Shown one piece after another: positions 58,728 to 64,000 of a stretch of DNA of 64,000 bases. Under the pieces are notes generated by a model. That model was not told the DNA's origin and ran no database searches. It saw nothing but the letters and a program-made list of their open reading frames with translations. The translations under genes and the position numbers were made by a program. This DNA comes from Octopus sinensis (lineage: Eukaryota), in contig NC_043021.1 of the NCBI RefSeq assembly GCF_006345805.1, forward strand, positions 2,356,001-2,420,000. The letters are read 5' to 3'. Each line of letters starts with the position of its first letter. The stretch's first letter is position 1.

Positions 58728-59126
58728 CTCCACAGCCACTTTACTCTAAGGACACTTACTTTTCAATCGCCGAATTTACTTCAATCTTCCGCACCACCAC
58801 CACCAGATAAACGTATATACACACATATATACGACGTGCTTCTTTCAGATTCTGTCTACCAAATCCACTCACAAGGCTTTGGTTGGCCCAGTGGGACTAA
58901 ACCCGGAACCACTGTGTGGTAAGCAAGCTACTTACCACACAGCCACTCCTGCACGTCTTATCTCCTTGCCTGAGTTTCGTTAAGCCAATCTGCTTAATTC
59001 TAGCTTAATTATTTAACATTTTCTCCATCATTCACTTCATCATTCACATCATTCAATATATATATACATGTATGTATGTGTATGTATATATATATATATA
59101 TGTATATGTATATGTATATGTATATA

Positions 59127-59167
<41 letters not shown>

Positions 59168-59168
59168 T

Positions 59169-59216
<48 letters not shown>

Positions 59217-59330
59217 TGTGTGTAGGTCCCGGGTTGATTCGGGGTTAACCACAGTAAATAAGGTACTCAATACATAGCAGAGTAAAATTAATGTTATTAT
59301 ATAGAAGGAGCTTCTACAGGACTAGAACTA

Positions 59331-59382
59331 GAGCTTCCTGAAGATTTCTCTGAATGAAACAGTTCTAGTCCTGTAGAAGCTC
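59331..59382 (+). ncRNA. Type-I hammerhead ribozyme motif, intact core, weak stem II
   Basis: GAGCTTC CTGAAGA tTTC tct GAAt GAA ACAG ttctagtc CTGT A^GAAGCTC; stem I 7/7, stem III 4/4. Confidence 0.7.
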
Positions 59383-59390
59383 CTTCTATA

Positions 59391-59422
<32 letters not shown>

Positions 59423-59907
59423 GATATATATATTATATATATAATATTCTCTTTTACTCTTTTACTTATTTCAGTCATTTGACGCAATGGACTGAACCCG
59501 GAACCACGTGGTTGGGAAACTATATATATATATATAGAGAGAAAAATTATTATTTTTAAATCTCTTCACAAGAGACATTCAGTAACAGTACGCTACAGTA
59601 AAGATCATTTGCCAACATAACGTGGCAGTCCCGGAAATATTAACATCGGGTAGCTGTAACGTTCGTCCCAAACAGGACTGTCACATTATGCTGGCGAATA
59701 ATCTTTATAATATATATATATGTATATAATACGATGGGCTTCTTACAGTTTCCGCCTACCAAATCCACTCATAAGGCTTTGGTTACCCTGAGGCTATAGT
59801 AGAAGATACTTGCCCAAGGTGCCACGCAGTGGGACTGGACCCGGGATCATGTGTTTAGCAAGCAAACTTCAGACCGTACAAAAACGTCTGTACTTATAAA
59901 TTCCATT

Positions 59908-59952
59908 ATTTTCCTGATAATAAGACTGTGAAGTTCTAGAAACGTCGAATAT
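59908..59952 (+). ncRNA. Degenerate minimal hammerhead
   Basis: ATTTTC CTGATaA TAAGAC tgtgaa GTTCTA GAAAC GTC^GAATAT; G8 is mutated to A. Confidence 0.4.
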
Positions 59953-60717
59953 GGATTTAAGGATTGAATTGTTCAAAAGCGACAGTAAAACGTTAATAAA
60001 AAAAATATGAAAAATATAAAATAAAAAAATTATAACTCGACTATGTTCAAGTGTAGTGTGGTGACACTTGTCTTAATGGAAACCAGAGTGGAGGGGGTGC
60101 TTGGTCGCGGGTGGAGTGAGGTGAATGGAAATGTGTGACATGTGTTGCTAACGAAGGAGAAATTAGCAAATTACAATTCGCAATAAAATTAAGAAAATTC
60201 ACGACTCTTACCCACGTTCAATAAAGTAATTAAAGGAAATTTTAAACTGTTTTCTAAAGTGTTATGCGAGTGCATGAGGGGTGGGGTGGGGCGGAGAGAC
60301 ACATGCAAACATGGATGTGGGCACTGGTATGGGTGCAGGTAACTTTTTTATCATTATTTTCGAGTTTCTTGGTAGTTAAATATATAAATAGGTATATTTA
60401 GACATCTACATTTGTGTATGTGTGTGTATCTGTGTGTGTGTTTGCGTCTGTGTCTGTGTGCGCGTGGGTGTGAGTACGTATATACGTGTGTGTGTGTGTG
60501 TATGTGTGAATGTATACGTGTTTGCTTGAACGCAGATACATACATACATGCACACACACACACACATATGTATGCATATGGATATTGACACAGGTGTATA
60601 TATATGTATATATGTATGAATATACATATAAGTGTGTCTGTATATATATGCATGTATGTATATATATGTTTATGTATGTATATATACATATGTATGTATG
60701 TATATATATATATATAT

Positions 60718-60768
<51 letters not shown>

Positions 60769-60924
60769 ATCTATATATATATATATATAGACGCATACAT
60801 ATACACATATGCACATGTATGAATAGGTGATGTGTGCATATGTATAGAACTATAAACACACACACACATACGAATATATATACCACTATGCATGCACGTA
60901 TGTGTATGCATACTTGTACATAAT

Positions 60925-60967
<43 letters not shown>

Positions 60968-61127
60968 GAGAGAGAGAAGATGTATGTATGTATGTATGTA
61001 TACACACATACACGCATACATACACATATCGTTTGTAATGTTTGCAAGTGTTTCACGTCCATGTACATATGTATATGTATGTGCATACATGCATACGTTT
61101 GTATGTATTGTGGTGGTGCGTGCGTGT

Positions 61128-61208
<81 letters not shown>

Positions 61209-61235
61209 CATACAATAAACATATATACATATATA

Positions 61236-61278
<43 letters not shown>

Positions 61279-61543
61279 TGTATATATATATAATCATCTA
61301 CATATATATCAATATAAATATATATATAACATATATGCATACACATACAAATTTATGTGTGTGTGTGTACGTTTACGCATGAGTGTATGTATGTATATGT
61401 ATGTATGTATGTAACATCTGCTATTCACTATCAACATGGATAAGTAGCGTGTGTGGGTGTGTGTGCGTGTGTGTGTGTGTACGCGTGCGCCATGACCTCC
61501 ACTCCATATGCATATACACTCTGTCCGTGTGCGATATGTATAT

Positions 61544-61587
<44 letters not shown>

Positions 61588-62104
61588 ACAAAGCTGACAC
61601 GTGATTCCACCCGTTACGCTGAGTCACCACCACTCCCACCACCCCCAATACTTTTGCCATCTTCAATTAGGATTGCAATTAATCTCGCCGTTCATTAAGG
61701 CGAGTATTTCCACCACCACCACCACCACCGCTATCCCTTGTCTTCTTCGATCTCCGCCACCGCCATCGTGAAAAGTTGGTATAGTTTGTTAATAAAAAAA
61801 AAAAACTTGAGAGACGACGACTACAGAAAAAAAGAGGAAGAAGTAGAGAGAGAGAGAGAGTAATAAAGAGAGGGAGGAAGAGAGAGAAAGAAAGAAAGAA
61901 ACAAACAAACAAAGAAAGAAAGAAAAAGAAAGAAAGAAGAGAGATACAGACAGAAAATAAACGCACCCAATAATCAAATACACACACACACATACACACA
62001 CACATACACACACACACACAAACGTATATACATGCATCTATGTATATAATTACTTACATACACACACTCACATACACACACATATATGTATTTATACATA
62101 CATC

Positions 62105-62170
<66 letters not shown>

Positions 62171-62762
62171 TGTATGTATATGTATGTATGTATATGTTTG
62201 AATAAGTGGATGGGTATACACACACATACACACACACACACATATACATACACAAACATATATGTTTGCGTGTATATTTCGGCTTTTACATAAATATACA
62301 CAATTATATATCTATATGTGTGTCTGTGAGTGAGTACGCGTGCGCATAAACACACATACACACACATATATTTATATGTTTATGTACGTATATTATATTT
62401 TCTATACCAATAATGTGCAAAAGAAAAAACGTGAGGAAGTCTCCTGACAGACCGTTTCTTCGTTTGTTCACCACTCCTAAAAACAAAAATACCAGCTTCC
62501 TTCCTCAGTCAACGGCACAGATCAGCTCCTATGTACAGCAATCACAACTTAAGCTGCCATTCTAAGGGATAGACTTATTTACATATGTGAATTTGACGTT
62601 TCGTCACTTATTTTAACAATATCTTCTTTATTTGCGCCAAAGACATCATAATTCGGAAGAACTGAAATACATTTACGTATTATAAAACCCTGGTGTGAGT
62701 GTAGTAAGAATGGAAACACATTTTTTCTATGTTGTTGATACGCAGAAAAGGTGGTGGTGGGG

Positions 62763-62820
62763 GGGAGTCTCTTGAAGGGGCGTTTCGCAGGTAGTTAACC
62801 TCTCTTCAGAGAAGACTCCC
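62763..62820 (-). ncRNA. Type-I hammerhead motif, slightly degenerate
   Basis: GGGAGTCttct CTGAAGA GAGGT taact ACCTgC GAAA CG ccc C TTC^aagaGACTCCC. Confidence 0.5.
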
Positions 62821-63079
62821 TGTCCACAATCAATAGCATATATCTATTACTTTATTAAATCCTGTTGCTGTTACAATGGTAGAGTTTCTATTTCCAAGTG
62901 AATATGGAGGCCACTCTGTCGGGTATGACCCATGGAATGCTGAGGAAGTCGTTTCTTTGGTCATGGAGCTTTCAGGTGATGCAGGACGGGGAGATGGAGT
63001 TTTCTTTACCCCTACGCCCGAAGGACTACATATATTGCTTGAATATTTCCTAAAATTCAAAATCCTTTGTTGCTATGGA

Positions 63080-63439
63080 TGGAAGCACTCCGTCGGTTAC
63101 GACGATGAGGGTTCCGGTTGATCCGAAATTAACGTGCAAGTGGCTGAGCACTCCACAGACACGTGCACCCTTAACGTAGTTCTCGGGGATATTCAGCGTG
63201 ACACAGAGAGTGACAAGGCCGGCCCTTTGAAATACAGGTACAACAGAAACAGGAAGTAAGAGTGAGAGAAAGTTGTGGTGAAAGAGTACAGCAGGGATCA
63301 CCACCATCCCCTGCCGGAGCCTCGTAGAGCTTTTAGGTGTTTTCGCTCAATAAACACTCACAACGCCCGGTCTGGGAATCGAAACCGCGATCCTATGACC
63401 GCGAGTCCGCTGTCCTAACCACTGGGCCATTGCGCCTCC
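63080..63439 (-). mobile_element. tRNA-derived SINE family G, near full length
   Basis: Head ggaggcgcaatggcccagtggttagg...ggtttcgattccc with A-box and B-box. Confidence 0.8.
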
Positions 63440-64000
63440 ACGCTTTGTTGCTATACCAACAAGGAAACGGTACACTACAAAAACACATATTTAGCGGGAA
63501 TATTCAGCAATCATCCGATATCACGATTCGCTAGATTGTTGCCCACGTGATCGACAAAATCTAACCGATCGTGACTTCGCGTCGAATAGGCTCAAAGCAT
63601 TGACTTTTTTTTCTTTTAGCGCGCTTCTTTCTGAGCTTATCGTCATGAACACTACACAGAGATCTTTGGTAGACGGAAACTAGAAGCCCATCGTGTGTGT
63701 GTGTGTGTGTGTGTCTATCTGTCTGTGCGCATGCGTGCATGTTTGTCTTTGTGTCTGTATTTGTCCCCCATCACCGCTTGACAATCGGTGTTGACGTATT
63801 TACGTTCCCGTAAATTAGCGGTTCGGCAAAAAGAGGTTGAAAAAAATAATTACCAGGCTAAAAAAAAATAATAATAAGTTCAAAGATCGATTCATTCGAC
63901 TAAAATTCTTCAAAGCGGTGCCCCAGCATGGCCGCAGTCTTATGACTGAAACAAATATAAAATAAAAGATTAAAGATTAAGTTCCGACCTGATTGTAACC

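Noticed and set aside
62400-62480. Possible minus-strand exon (GVVNKRRNGLSGDF...)
   Set aside because: Weak donor, phase incompatible with the 62851-63049 candidate, no recognisable protein.
62590-62610. Minus-strand gacGAAACGTC
   Set aside because: No upstream CUGANGA core.
63365-63439. tRNA-like heads here and in SINE families A and B as tRNA genes
   Set aside because: They run directly into SINE bodies and lack a complete cloverleaf.

Overview
Eukaryotic, AT-rich, microsatellite-saturated genomic DNA. The SINE, RTE and MITE repertoire looks like Octopus; the species call is my inference. One protein-coding gene can be reconstructed by hand on the minus strand: 14 coding exons (7240-37387), all with GT-AG boundaries and consistent phases, giving 2253 nt (750 aa). 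It encodes a FAM234A/B-like FG-GAP beta-propeller membrane protein with an N-terminal TM helix and an unexpected GPI-signal-like C-terminal tail. A CpG-rich promoter with ETS-CRE composite sites lies at about 37580-37910. The rest is transposon debris: a dead hAT transposase, hAT and piggyBac-type MITEs, non-autonomous Helitrons, mariner relics, RTE LINE 3' ends with an internal VNTR, a HERO-like RLE fragment, Penelope-like (PLE) fragments, tRNA-derived SINEs, mini- and microsatellites, and a 100-N gap. The most notable non-coding signal is a set of six sequence-unrelated minimal type-I hammerhead ribozyme motifs. Two have intact cores (54140-54182, 59331-59382), and the second is caged by a perfect 36-bp cis-antisense inverted repeat. 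All coordinates and pairings were read by eye; no alignment, folding or database search was run.
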